63,931 nt of DNA, filler included, from Lenisia limosa (GCA_001655205.1; 13 parts of 13 records of this genome joined end to end with filler, not necessarily neighbours in it); one strand, 5' to 3'. Shown: positions 30,380 through 43,922, counted from the first letter of the whole stretch. Notes: a model not told the origin generated them from the sequence alone. A program made the numbers and translations.

Positions 30380-30911
30380 CAATCCATTCTTGTCTTTGAG
30401 AACTCTCGTCATCTTTTTTAATGGTTTCCCTATTGTGGAATTCTTGTCTTACGCTCTCGTCTGTCTTCTTCTTTTTTTTTCTTTTTTCTTTTAACTTTTT
30501 GGCGGCTTATTTGTCCCCACAGTTGTTCATAGAATATTGAATAAAATCGGTTACAAAAAATACATAGGGTTGCCAGAAACATAAGCTAACAGAAACTATG
30601 CTGAGCGTATGAAGCTAATTTTGTTGTTTTAAAGCACAACATTTATTACAACAGCGGTAATTCGTTTAGTTCAAAGTTTTCCATATCCCCCCCCCCCCNN
30701 NNNNNNNNNNNNNNNNNNNNNNNNNNNNNNNNNNNNNNNNNNTTAATTAATTAANNNNNNNNNNNNNNNNNNNNNNNNNNNNNNNNNNNNNNNNNNNNAA
30801 TGTATATATTAGTATATCGATATAGTATATGACGATGACCCTAACTGTGTTGTCATCTTGAGCACCCAGGCCATATTAACATCACGCAGTCAAGACAACA
30901 ATACCCAAGTC

Positions 30912-32522
30912 AGGCTGAAAGTATGAGGGGGCCCCCAGGGTTCCAAGCTCCGCTGAGCCGCAATGCCCAGCCTCAACCACAACAGGTGGGATGTAAGGGT
31001 TTTAAAAGATTTACATATGATATAGCTGCGATTTTTTTTCTGGGTTAACNNNNNNNNNNNNNNNNNNNNNNNNNNNNNNNNNNNNNNNNNNNNNNNNNNN
31101 NNNNNNNNNNNNNNNNNNNNNNNNNNNNNNNNNNNNNNNNNNNNNNNNNNNNNNNNNNNNNNNNNTGTGTTCCGGTCATTCTAGCCTCTCACTCCTTTAG
31201 TCAGTCTCAGCCCCTCCAGAAGTCCAGGTATGGGTTGATACAGTGTAACATAAGCCTTGACCGATTTGCACTACGATTTGACAAGGAAAATCGGTCAAGA
31301 ATCCCGGTCACTGTAGGATTCTTTTTATGACACAAAAAACTACACTATTTTTCTGATTGCATTGCTCCATTACTTCTCTCCAGTATTGTTTAAATGCATG
31401 TGTAAAATGTACTAATGTATGTAGTATTTACGTGTATGTACATGTATTACACAAAAAACTTCCACCATTAACAACAGCTAAAATCCGGTCACGCTGGATC
31501 GCAGATCATAAGAACAGTTTACACCCCTGCAGGATATGTGGAAGGTTTGCCTTATTTGTTTGCCTTTACTTTTTTTTTTTGTTTCGATCACATTACTTTT
31601 CTTTTATATTTATTTTCAAGGTCTTTTTTCTGAGTCTCACAATAACCCAAATTGACGCTCTGTTTCTAACCGCTTAGGAGCCGTTGACAATCTACCCAGC
31701 CCCGACCTAGGATGTTTTGAGCCAAAAAAGAAGGCTGTTTTGCCTCCTCTTCCTCCAGTCAACCCCGTGAGCTTTTCGCGCTTGTTTTATTTTTAACGGG
31801 GGGGGGTGTCATAGCTAAAGGATTATATTAAATAGATGATGAATTGTTTGAGACAGGAAGTCCTTTTTAGTCCGTACTCCATATTGAATTAAGACATGAA
31901 TTCCTGAGAAGTCCTAACTCCGTATTGAATTACGCATCTTGTTAGCCTCGAGTTTTAATTCTGCAGGTGAGCTGGGCCGCGGCAGCAAATGAAGGGTGGG
32001 ATGACGGGCCTCTCCCGGACCCAACTCCGAATGATGATGCCACTGTAGAGGGGGGGGTTGGCGCAACTAGAATTAATACGAATTATAATGGGGGATTGTG
32101 TATTGTTGCAAAACCCTACAACTGCCTGACTTCTAGGTAATCAACGGGAAAACCATCCAAGACGCTGAATGTGATATGGCAGAATACTATGCTGAACTTC
32201 AAAAAGACAATGACGCTCACCAATCGGCTGTTAATCCAATTGCGAATAGGGACAGGTGCATATGGGGTCTTATCTGTGGATTTAGGCATCATACATCATA
32301 TTGTTTTCTTAACAAAATAAATACTCAAAACATCTTGCACAGATACAATTTTGATTCTCTCATTAAAAGAGCAACCTCACAACATTGTCAATATGAAATC
32401 TCTTCTAATGCCCATATCTTTGTTACAATATCCTCAAACACCGCAGGTCTTGGCTGAACATGCCGAAAGGACGCAGTGGTGGAGGCGGGTGGAAGACTGA
32501 CGGCTGGGCTGCTAAACCCTAG
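30912..32522 (+). CDS. Hypothetical protein with a possible C2HC-type zinc finger, 3' part
   Basis: Exons AESMRGPPGFQAPLSRNAQPQPQQ, AKIRSRWIADHKNSLHPCRICGR (LxPCxxCGR), VSWAAAANEGWDDGPLPDP, VINGKTIQDAECDMAEYYAELQKD and RSWLNMPKGRSGGGGWKTDGWAAKP*. Confidence 0.5.
31241..31313. mobile_element. 73-bp Tc1/mariner-type MITE
   Basis: TA|CAGTG...CACTG|TA termini with internal inverted repeat CTTGACCGATTT / AAATCGGTCAAG. Confidence 0.8.
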
Positions 32523-33741
32523 CATTAGAGGGTGAAGGGAAAATCTGCCTCAAGGGACGCCATATCTTTTGCAGGGTTTGTTGGCTCACTCTGTTCTCCT
32601 TACCAAAGCTATAAAAACATGATGTTTCTCCCAATTAGCACACACCTTAGTTTTATGTTCTTATCATCCACCCAGAACATGCACAACCCTGAGGCTTCAG
32701 CTGAGACTATGGACGATGGTAGTCAGGAAATGTGTCAATGTGTGATTATGCTCTTTTCTTGTTGTATTTTAGCTTGAATGTATTCCGTTCTTCATAACTC
32801 TACAGTCATGATACGTTTGGGCTGAAGTATAATCCCTGAACGTCTGAAAAATTTGAGTCTTACTTATGAATCCTCATAATAAAACTAAACTACATTTACT
32901 GTAAATTAATTATCAAACGACAAGCAGAACACACAAACTGCTTGCAAACGGTCAAACTGTACAAACACATTCACACATTCAACAGCGAAGCAAAATAAAA
33001 CAACTTTATGGATTTTAGGATATTGTGTGTGGTCGAAGTGGAAGATCCTGTTGATCGTGCTGCCTTAATACTAAAAATGATTCAAATCATCTCCTCCCCT
33101 TTTTTGCCCCTTCTTCTTGTTTGATATTATTTATTTAATAGAAGATAGAAGAAAATTAAACAGCGAAACCGTCTGCCCCCCCCCCCCCNNNNNNNNNNNN
33201 NNNNNNNNNNNNNNNNNNNNNNNNNNNNNNNNTTAATTAATTAANNNNNNNNNNNNNNNNNNNNNNNNNNNNNNNNNNNNNNNNNNNNGAGGTGGCATTC
33301 TTGCACCTTCTACAACGACACTTACAAAGCTTGTGAAAAAACAAAAGATAAAAAAGTAACTTGTTGTCAACATCTATTATTTACCCTTGATACAAGTTGA
33401 CTGTATTGATGAAATGGTATTATTTTGAGGAGGAAAGTTTATTTTTTTGTTTAAAAGTGTGTGCATGTAATTTAAACAAACTAAAACTGTATTTGGGCGA
33501 TTAAAAACAGAGAATGAGCTAAAAACTCGAGAAAAAAAAATAAGCAACGGGAAAGGGGAATACACAACGGGATTTCTGCGCCTGAGCATATACATTGTAT
33601 GTGTATGACCACATACATATGTAAATGTATATTTTACATGTATATAATAATAAAATACTCTCATACATCACAGTATATGGTATATACTTGTATCTTTTGA
33701 TTAAGGATTAGCATATAGCAGTTTTTAATTGCCTATGAGTC

Positions 33742-35519
33742 TGGGGCCATGCAGATACATTCAGCTTGATCTGGTCATCTTTAACAATTATGTACCATGG
33801 CCGATGCGAAAGCTCTTCAGGAGTACCGGTGCTACGATAATGTCCGAATTGTTGGAGTATGAAATTGAGTCGCTTAATAATTACAGTTAGGGATATTTTG
33901 ATTTCAGAATTATTGTTTGTATGTGTCATATTATAGGTTTTCTAACTCCCCAGAAAAACTTACCTCACATGTTGCTCTTCGCAATCGACGAGATTGTGGG
34001 GCTGGACCAGATGCCGGATGACGACCAACTGACCTTTGCCCAGGGTGAGGCCTCCAACGTCGTCTTTCCGTCGGATGAGGAGTATGTTAAATATTTTTTG
34101 CTTCACTGTTGACTTATTCAACTACAAGGACTACAACTTTCGCCACATTGAGATGATATGTGACGACCTCATTGCCCATGGTACTGAAAACTTCAAGGCC
34201 TATGCAAGATCTAGTTGTTGGGGGGGCTTATCCTCTTGCAGTTCTAGTAATGCTGCATGATTGAACGGGCATGTTATGTTTCTCTGGATTATGTTATGCA
34301 AACCAGGCAGTTATATGTCAAACTTTGACCTATTCAAAAAATATTTGGGTGTATATTCAGATATAAAGTACCAAACACTTCTAATTATTCTTAAGAGTAC
34401 TTCAACATTGACGAGTCAAAACCCACCATCATCCGGAACCACGAACTCATCCACAAGAACAAGGGCACCATTAATGGTAGGAAGCACATTGGAGCTATTG
34501 AATCATGCCATATTGTCAAGTCAATATTATTATAGGTTTTCAATCTGGGGGTCTGGTTTCTTTTTACTCCCCAGGCTCCATCAAGCTCAACCAGCTGATT
34601 AAGGAAATGGTCGCCTGTATCTTTGCTCTTGGTTTGATGCGCATTCGGTAAGTTGATCCTGAGTTGTGAGGGTGATTTCCAGAATAAGTGATGTTTGAAA
34701 AAATAAAGAAAAGAAAGGAATTAAAAATGTACAATGGGGAAATTACTTTTTAGGAATGGTGACGTTGGCTCCATGATGACTGAGGAGTCGGCGAAGACTG
34801 TCCAGGGAGAAGGTGCTCAGCTGACAAAGATTTTTTTTTTATAAATTTTTATGCAGTCTCTACTAGGACTCTGCAGACTACGCTGAGTGTTCTACTGAGT
34901 TCAAGTTCATCGCTTCCTTCTCCATCGCCCACGTCGGCAAAGGATACTTTGTCGATGACAACCCCGCTGGCCGTCTCCTGGCCCTCCATAAGGCCCTCTA
35001 CATGTTACATGACTTTGATCTCGCTATCAAGGTTAATCAGCTCTTTTTGTTCTTTTTTACTTTCATAAATAGTGAATTGTAGAAGGAGTGGATTAGAAAT
35101 AGTACGCAAGCTTAATATTATGTATTTACTTTGCAGGTAATATATATTAAGAGAAACATATTACATGTTTTTCATACATCGCAGTTCTGCTTTTTTTTGA
35201 GCCAAAGGATTTGTGTTTGTTATAAATATTGGGTGGAATCCGTGCTAACATTCTCTTCCACATCTGCTCCCTCATTCCGTTCTTCGCCGGAAAAGGTAAG
35301 AAAGCTATTATTAAGGGTTCTCGTGATTTTTTTATCATATAACTACAACCTATTTAAAAGTTTGGCAAGCTTCAATATACTTTTTTACCAAGCTGTAACG
35401 TGTCCAAGATACAAGTATGTCAGAACCTGCATCCAGGTGGCTTGCATGCTCTACCGTGAGTCTATAAGAGAGCGAGAGCAAGTGCTGCAGTCACTCACTG
35501 TGTCAATCGGAATGAATGG
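33742..35519 (+). CDS. Orphan multi-exon protein (at least 9 open exons)
   Basis: GPCRYIQLDLVIFNNYVPWPMRK, MLLFAIDEIVGLDQMPDDDQLTF, DYNFRHIEMICDDLIAHG, EYFNIDESKPTIIRNHELIHK, GSIKLNQLIKEMVACIFALGLMRIR, FKFIASFSIAHVGKGYFVDDNPAGRLLALHKALYMLHDFDLAIK, IRANILFHICSLIPFFAGK. No stops seen inside exons; no family recognised. Confidence 0.6.
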
Positions 35520-36907
35520 TAGGACTGCTCAGTTAAAAATTCTTTTATGAGCACATGTATCATATTTTTCATCTATAATATCACATGATTATAATAAATC
35601 ATAGTATTGAAGCATATTATTATTTAGACGGGTTTAGGAAGATCTATCTGCACGGGAGATTTTGTTTTATTCATGAATCTAATGCACAGAGATGTAAGGA
35701 AAATGATTGGGTGATTTAATGATGTACAATAATCCATTATTTCTTATAAGTGTGATGGTTTGAGTGGCCTCGGCCAGATACAACCGATGTTTTTATTTTG
35801 TAACTACTGCCGGCGTGTCCTAATATTTTTCTGTTGGTAAGTGCATCAAATGCCTTCAGCGGTCAGGGTCAAAGAAGATGGGTAATTCTTCTGGCGAAAG
35901 ACTTCACCGTGACCATACTTAGATGGGAATCTTTTCAGGTTGGTACTGAGTAGAACCTAATCCACATGCTTCGGTTAATTTCCTTACAACGTCAACTGTG
36001 ACAGATTCCAGTACACCACGAGTCAAATTTGCCAATTGCGCCTCATTCATTCTAAAGGTAAACACTTGGAAAAATAACTTATATGTCCCTTAGTCTTCTT
36101 AAAATGTGCCACTTCTTTCTTAATCCACATGTATCTGCTGTTACTGGATTACACGCTATATGGGTTGGGTTGGGCGTCTCAAATAATCCTTAGGGTCTTT
36201 TGATTAAACATGTAAGTTGATAAAACATGTATTAGATCTGAATATACTTCTCAATACACCTGTTTCAACTTCAAGTAAGCTAAGGAGTATCTAAGTACAG
36301 CTGTGCATATTCCTGAATAAATAAATAGAGTCAGAAAATATTGTTTGTATATAATATACTGTATATATGCTCAAGGTCNNNNNNNNNNNNNNNNNNNNNN
36401 NNNNNNNNNNNNNNNNNNNNNNNNNNNNNNNNNNNNNNNNNNNNNNNNNNNNNNNNNNNNNNNAACAAATACCATTAAGACATCATCGATAATAAGATAA
36501 TTAAAACACAAGATTAGGAAATTTTGATTTTTGAATTTATTTTAGCTGATCTCCAAGTGATCATGTTGGTGATCTTGTCATTTTTTTTTCGATTTTCGCG
36601 ATTTGCTCTTTGGATATGATTATACAATTGTTATTAGTTCTCTAATTGACGAAGTAAGTTAAAAATGGGGTTCACAGGTAAAAGCAGGATTTTAAAAAAA
36701 TTGCGCCAACATAGCGCGCATTTCCCCTTTTCTTTGAATTTTTTTTTCTTCTTCCTCTTTTACTCTGTTAAGCAGTGATAGTTCATATTTCAAAATATTT
36801 AAGATAGTTGGTTCCTTTTTGCTCTTAAACAACGACTTCTGACCAAAACGGTTTTCTATTCTTGAACAGTAGGCTGTTACCTGATCCATCTTATTTACTT
36901 TTTAATT

Positions 36908-39900
36908 ATGTCTAATCGCGGCCGAAAGCCAACCCCAAATCACTTCCCTGTGACCCTCCCTCTTCTCAAAGATGCTTGGAACGGAGAGGATCCTGATTCA
37001 GGGGAGCCATATCTCTCTGTAAGAGAGAAAAATAATTATCTCAAAAAGGCAATTGAAGCCTATACTGACTTCGACAACATTGGAATTCGCCCATCAATGA
37101 CTTCATTCCTCCATATGGACTGCGACAGTTCTTTTTCAATGGTGATTCCAAGAACAACTTTTATTCGCTCATTGACCCGCTTTGTCCACCATAAGCTTCT
37201 CAAAAAGTCAGAGGATGTTTTTGTCTTCTTTGGAACTACGAAGGGACGCAAGCCACTCGGAAATGATGCCAAGAAAGAGGCTGAGGAAACATGCCGCAAG
37301 CTACAATCGGTAAGAAGTTTTTCTTTGTTGAGCAACAGTATCACTTTTCCCTTCAAAGGGAGTTATATCTTTGTTGATTAGAGAATTGCTGACTTATTTT
37401 AGATGGGGTTTCAATGAAGATCGAGGACATTGTGAGAAAGCTACAGGAGAAAGACTCAATGGGGAGAGGTTCAAAGACAAAAGCCAAGGCAATCAGAGCT
37501 GAAGCCAGAAAGCGAGTCCCCTCAGNNNNNNNNNNGGTAACTATTTTCACACTATTTTCTTTTCATTTATTATTGTGATTTCACTAACATGCGAGCCAGA
37601 GAGCATCTTAATCATGGCTCGTCTCTGGAATGCTGGAGTTCGAATCGCTATAAAGGTCAAATTTGCCTCAAAATCCAAGACAACTATCGAAGCCAAAATG
37701 AAAGCATCTATNNNNNNNNNNNNNNNNNNNNNNNNNNNNNNNNNNNNNNNNNNNNNNNNNNNNNNNNNNNNNNNNNNNNNNNNNNNNNNNNNNNNNNNNN
37801 NNNNNNNNNNNNNNNNNNNNNNNNNNNNNNNNNNNNNNNNNNNNNNNNNNNNNNNNNNNNNNNNNNNNNNNNNNNNNNNNNNNNNNNNNNNNNNNNNNNN
37901 NNNNNNNNNNNNNNNNNNNNNNNNNNNNNNNNNNACCATTTTCTCATCTTATTCTGTTTTTTGATGGTTTCAGTGTGTTGAAGCGCCCCTGTCCAAGCCG
38001 AAAGCTCTTACTCTGATGCAGTCCTGGGTGGCACTATTGGACGGTTCTGCACCTGATGTGGATATCGAAAACCAGCACATACTCTTCTACGACGACAATG
38101 CGTGGATAAAGGTGGTGTTTAAGGACATGAAGGATGACCCCATGGCCTCTGCGGTCACGATTACGTCGATGTCGGGTGAGATAGTGTCGTCAGGCATTGT
38201 TGTTGGATCCCCGCACTATGCCACAGCTGCTGCCAAGCGGGAGAAGAAGGCTGCCCCGTCAACCCACCCCTACTTACCAAAACTCTCTTCCGTCGATACT
38301 GCCGAAGCCAAGAAGATCATTCAATGGATGAAAGAAAACAATCCTCTTGAGTCGCCAGTTCTTTCCCCCCCAAAGCCGGAGTCAGTTCAAGCAGCTGAGG
38401 ACTGGAACGTGGTTGCAATCGGTGTCAATAGTAGTGCTTACTTTTCGACTGAAGCTTTCTTGCGGTGCCTTGAGGTAGTGTACCGAAACAAACGCTCATC
38501 GTGCCATGACGCTTTGATCATGATCGGAGATGGTGCCAGAAAACACGCAACATTAGCGGTAGGGTAACAGCTTTTGTGAAAGATACCTTATTCTCATATT
38601 TTACTTTTCAGGTGTGTGCTGCTATCTTCTTACTTTACGGTATAATATTCATCATTGAGCCGTCGTTCACCAGTCATTTTCTTCAGGTTTGTCTTGGAAA
38701 ATATGCTGTAACCATTTCACAATATCTGATTGCCTTCAGGTCGCCGATTTCACACTACCACGCCAAAGTAAACCAATCAGTATACAGACAAATAGCTAGC
38801 TGGAAGGAGGCCAATTCCGGAAAGTGAGCGGGATGAGTTTTTTTTTGTTGGATGTATCTACATTTCTTGAATATTTTTTTTATCCATATTAGGTCCATCA
38901 AGGAGGAGGAATTGTTCCAGCTGATTGCAAAAGCTATGAGCAGTCCAAGCACAGCAGTTATTCGGTAGGGCTATAGAAATTCTTGCATAATTGTATCCGT
39001 AACTTCATTGACGCACTCTCACTGTTAACCCCAATACCCCATCCTCCCTCCTCATAAATATGAGCAAATTAACGTTATAGTGCCTCCCAGAAGTCTTGTG
39101 GTTACGAAATCTCTGAGTATAACCCATTCCAAATCCCACCCTCCCTCTACCTCAAAGGTTTTGTCTTCCGCCCCCCACCATCCCAAGGTTACCCTGCTCC
39201 TACCACCCAGTACCTCCATGCACTATTCTCCTTCACCAACACTTACTGCCCTTTCAACTACCCCAACCTCTACCCCCGCATTCCAGAATTCCCTCGAATG
39301 ACTTGCAAGCCAACTGCTCTCGAGAAGGCCCAGGCTCTCACCACCATCAACATGGCTAAGCCTGAAGGTTGCATTGAGTAAGAGCAATCCCTTGCCAATC
39401 AGGCAGTGTCCTTTGTGCCAGAGAACACCCCAAGTCCGGAGTTTGTCAAAGGTGCTGCCGCAATGCTAGCTGCTACCTCCGTGAAGTTCCCATCGACACT
39501 TTCACGGATTAGGGAGCTCAGCCAAGCAGCTACAGCATTCGATGATGATATGGCCGACGCTATTGTTCTCGCCACCTAGCTTGCTCTTAACCAAAGAGCA
39601 ATTGTGGAGAACGTCTCAAGACCACTTTCTTTCTTTCACATTCCAGCAAACCACAGAATTGCTNNNNNNNNNNTGCCACACAGCTTGCTGTTAACCAAGG
39701 AGCAATGGTGGAGAACGTCTCAAGACCACTTTCTTTCTTTCACATTCCAGCAAACCACAGAATTGCTATTTTAGCACCAGGGAAGGTGTGTAGGTATTGC
39801 AATTATCGCTGAGACAGATTTTCTTTGACAATTTTCACATTTTTTTAGATTGTATGTGACACTGCTGACGTGAAGGAGACAGCCATTCGTCAGCTCCAAT

Positions 39901-40570
39901 GTGACACCTCGCAGGGAGCTATTCTATCCCATCTAACTGCAATTAAGAGAGGTTGGTTTGATGAAAGGTTTTGAAATTGTCAAAATGTATCACGATTGTT
40001 AACGTATTTCTATGTTTTCTTTCTTAGATGGTGCTAAANNNNNNNNNNGCAGTGTCCTTTGTGCCCGAGAACCCCAAGTCCGGAGTTTGTCAAAGGTGCT
40101 GCCGCAATGCTAGCTGCTACCTCCGTGAAGTTCCTATCTACACTTTCAAGGATCAGAGAGCTCAGCCAAGCAGCTACAGCATTCGATGATGCGGGTAGTG
40201 ATATGGCCGACGCTATTGTTCTCGCCACGCAGGTTGCTGTTAACCAAGGAGCAATTGTGGAGAACGTCTCAAGACCACTTTCTTTCCATTCAACCACAAA
40301 GTTGCTATTTTAGCACCAGGGAAGGTGTGTAGGTATTGCAATTATCGCTGAGACAGATTTTCTATTAAAATTCTCACATTTTTTTTAGATTGTATGTGAC
40401 ACCGCTGACGTGAAGGAGACAGCCATTCGTCAGCTCCAATGTGACACCTCACAGGGAGCTATTCTATCCCATCTGACTGCAATAAAGAGAGGTTGGTTTG
40501 ATGACAGGTTTTTAAATTGTCAATGTATAACGATTGTAAACGTATTTCTATGTTTTATTTCTTAGGTGGT
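36908..40570 (+). mobile_element. Intron-containing pogo/Fot1-type (DDE_1) transposase or transposase-derived gene with a long C-terminal extension
   Basis: N-terminal VIPRTTFIRSL (psq-HTH-like). FYDDNAW (first Asp), GVNSSAYFSTEAFLRCL...ALIMIGDGARKH (second Asp, LLILDGxxSH-like), IFIIEPSFTSHFLQ (LPxHTSHxLQ-like), and later IRxASQKSCG. GT/AG introns lie between these blocks. Confidence 0.65.
39403..40570 (+). repeat. Tandemly duplicated exon block
   Basis: 39403-40018 and 40029-40570 are about 90% similar by eye. A 3' sub-segment appears a third time at 39674-39780. Copies are separated by 10-N gaps. Confidence 0.8.
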
Positions 40571-41574
40571 NNNNNNNNNNNNNNNNNNNNNNNNNNNNNN
40601 NNNNNNNNNNNNNNTTAATTAATTAANNNNNNNNNNNNNNNNNNNNNNNNNNNNNNNNNNNNNNNNNNNNTTTGGTCTCTGCGCTTATGAAGAGTGCCAC
40701 CCATGAAAACATTCTGGTAAGAAGAGAGAATATTCTGGGGGGGCGGGGGCGGTATATGGAAATCTTCTTGTTTGATCTGTTTCCTCTTCCATCCACTTCG
40801 ATTTGTTTGATCTGTTTCCTCTTCTATTTCATTGCTTCAGAACCCCCTTGAGGAAGTCGCTAAAGGCTCGGAAATTGATGTTCAGGACTTTTCTGTTCCA
40901 GAAAGGCTTACTCAGTGGATGGTTTGAGGAGGTCAAAAGATTGAATTCTGTAACACGATGGTTTGAAACGAAGGAGATTGCTCTCACTCACCTCCAGGCA
41001 CACTCAGTTCCTCAAGCCGACATTACAACCAGTCACAAGCCCAAACCGTGGGGGGGAGGGGGGTTCAACATGTTTTCACATCTGATATGCTATGCAATGG
41101 GTCGTTGTCATTGTCTGGAAGGGCATAAGCAGTATTCTGTATTCTTGACGATACAGTCCTCCCGTTCCCCCTCGTAAGCCCTTGGAATTCATGAAGATCG
41201 TTGATTCAAGGGACATCCTTCGCAAGTTCAGAATCCTTAAGGAAATCTAAACCTATTCGTACAACTAGTTTTTGTTTTATTGTTAATTTGTTGATAGATT
41301 GTTGTTTCACAGCGTAGATTATTCATTATAATAATACTACACTCGTTTGGAGAATACTGATTTCAATATTTGAAACAAGTAGATTATGTCCACACTAATT
41401 TGACAATGAGTGTGAGTGACACCAAAGAATAGTGTATCATTCTTCGGTATGATGGTGACTGGTTATTATACTCATCTTGAGTGATATAGTACATCAAAAA
41501 ACTGGAGCATAATTACAATTCTCTTTGACTTCTTTCAGTTCAGAGTCAAATAACGAGAGAGAATACAAGGAACT

Positions 41575-43922
41575 CTAGAACTCGGGTTTGCCTTTGTTGA
41601 TAGTCATTGGTAGCAGTTGCTCCATTTGGGAGGCGATGTCATATTCGATGGCCAGTCGGTCCCCCACTTGCTCCTGGGAATGATAAACAAAAGATTTCTA
41701 GTTTGACAATAACCAATAATATATCATCACCATCTCAATCATACATTCTCATCCCCCCCTTCCCCACAGTGTTTTTGTCGCAGTAGCGCACGAACCAGGA
41801 GTAGTGGTTTAGAGAGGCGGTCAGATTGCGGCGGAAGTCATCAGGATTGTCCATTCCGGCCTGGGGAAAAGAAAGGAATATTATTGAAGCATTTTTGCGA
41901 GTAAAAACAAGCATGAGCAGGAAACGTTAAAATTGCGGAGCGGGAGAGGGATGGAATATGATATGTATGCCACACACATCCCGACACAAAAGAATAACAA
42001 ACACAGACCACGCACCTTTGCGCAAACACGCGCCATTCTGAATCGTGCTGAGAGGCAGGCATCCACTGCAGCTTCATGATAGGGCTTATTATTACCAGTT
42101 TCTGGGGGGAGGGGTGAATTGGGAAGGTGTATGGAAAATATGCGCTTCTCGTTAGCTGCTGTGGATATCATGTTGAAATAAGATTGTTTTCAGAATTATC
42201 AACAGGCAAGCCGTCATCATCACATTATCATCAGGCTCATCATCACATTATCAGGCTCACCTTCATAGGAGTCCAGGAAGCTCTGGAAGTGCTTCAAACT
42301 CTACAGGCGTTACAGGTATGGTTAGCAGCAAATGAGACGTAAAGCTTATTGAACCATATCAAAAGTACTCCAGTACTGCCCGCGGACCTTCTCAGAAAGG
42401 TCCGTAAGTCTGGCTGCAGAATGTTCATGGCCCTTTGCAATCGCGTCATGCTGGGGGGGGGGGGNNNNNNNNNNNNNNNNNNNNNNNNNNNNNNNNNNNN
42501 NNNNNNNNNNNNNNNNNNNNNNNNNNNNNNNNNNNNNNNNNNNNNNNNNNNNNNNNNNNNNNNNNNNNNNNNNNNNNNNNNNNAGTCCTAGAAAAGAAAA
42601 CTGAATGATGGGGTATATAAGGGGGTGTAACACAGACCCTCAGGGTTATCTGTTAATTGTCGAAATTGACTGACAAGCCCCACCTTCAGTTCCAAGATGG
42701 CAGCGTAGCATTCGCCAAGTTCGAATGAGATGGAACGCACTATGTTCTGAGTTGTTAGGGGCTTTGCTCTGGTAATAAATAAGCACAATTATCCTTTAAC
42801 AGCCTGTCCCAAAAGAGAGGAAGAGAGAGGGAGAGAGAGAGAGAGAGAGATAAAAGGGAGGTCCCATATTTGACCACATAACATACCTGATAGTGCTGTT
42901 TGGAGATTTCGCCCAAAAGGGGTTCCAACAGTCTAATTCGTCGCTGGAGTGTAAGGGCCGCAATGGTATTTTTTGTCTCAGAAGTGCAAATAAAGAATAT
43001 AGAGGCTTTTGATTTAGGAAAGGTTATTATTCAAAGCGGTATTCAGCAAAAAAGCCCCTTAATATCATACCTTGTGCATTTTAGCCGCGTTTCCTGGGTC
43101 GGCTTCGAACTGAACCAGCGACCTGGGAAAATTAGATGGGTGCCAACATTTACTGGTGGAGGAGGGTGAGACAAAGATGTGTTTTTATATAGCAATGAGA
43201 AATAAAAAAATAAGGTTGTAGTATCTGGCCGAAGCCATCCACATCATATTGAATTATAGTATAATAATAATACACGATGAAGATGTGATTATTAAAGAAC
43301 CACCCCTTAAAAATAATCATGGAACGAAACAACTGACCCCAACACTATGATATAGTATAATAACATAATTAAATATCCTAAGCCCCACCTGTATAGTGTG
43401 GACATTTCCTGCAGAAGCGCGACATGCTCGGTGACAAAGCCCTCCAGAACGTAGTACTTCAGAGAGTATTGCAGATCCTGGGGGTGTGAAGGGAAATGTA
43501 ACAGTGCAAGCATTTAAGATAGGCTTTGTGTTGAAAACAGCAATCATTACACAACACTTTCACCAAAAGTTATAAACAAAAAAGCCCAGAGTTGATTTTG
43601 GGCTTTTTTTTGAGAAATTTTCCAATTTATCCCCCTCCCCTCTGCATACTGAAAGACCTTGGACAAATATTTCCTTGGCATCTTCGAAATGCTGGACAGG
43701 CTGCAAGCGTTAAGGTAGAGAGCCAAAGAGGGCACTCCCATTTAGTGTACAATCTTCAAATAAGAGGTCATTTCTACTGTTATTCTCACTTTAGTGATAT
43801 CGGGCATCATCCAGATGGGAACGGTGTCATAAACAATGGGTTCTGGGGCCTCCGGAATGTACTCCTTTTTCTCGAGCAGACATCGAGCTTTGGCTGATTC
43901 GATTCTGTTAGCTTCCGCTTCC
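41575..43922 (-). CDS. KIFBP: KIF-binding protein (KBP_C domain), 3' part
   Basis: Exons FEDAKEIFVQGLS, DLQYSLKYYVLEGFVTEHVALLQEMSTLYR, SLVQFEADPGNAAKMHKRRIRLLEPLL, RSISFELGECYAAILELK, LKHFQSFLDSY, ACLSARFRMARVCAK, NLTASLNHYSWFVRYCDK and EYDIASQMEQLLPMTI...EF* align with the recalled KIFBP C-terminus. Possible further exons at 44090-44215; 5' end lost at the gap. Confidence 0.9.
42814..42850. repeat. (GA)n microsatellite in a KIFBP intron
   Basis: Direct inspection. Confidence 0.9.
43587..43640 (+). repeat. Family A motif, antisense to KIFBP, at the donor end of intron 43478-43649
   Basis: CAGAGTTGATTTTGGGCTTTTTTTTGAGAAATTTTCCAATTTATCCCCCTCCCC ends 8 nt from the GT donor on the opposite strand. 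Confidence 0.8.
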
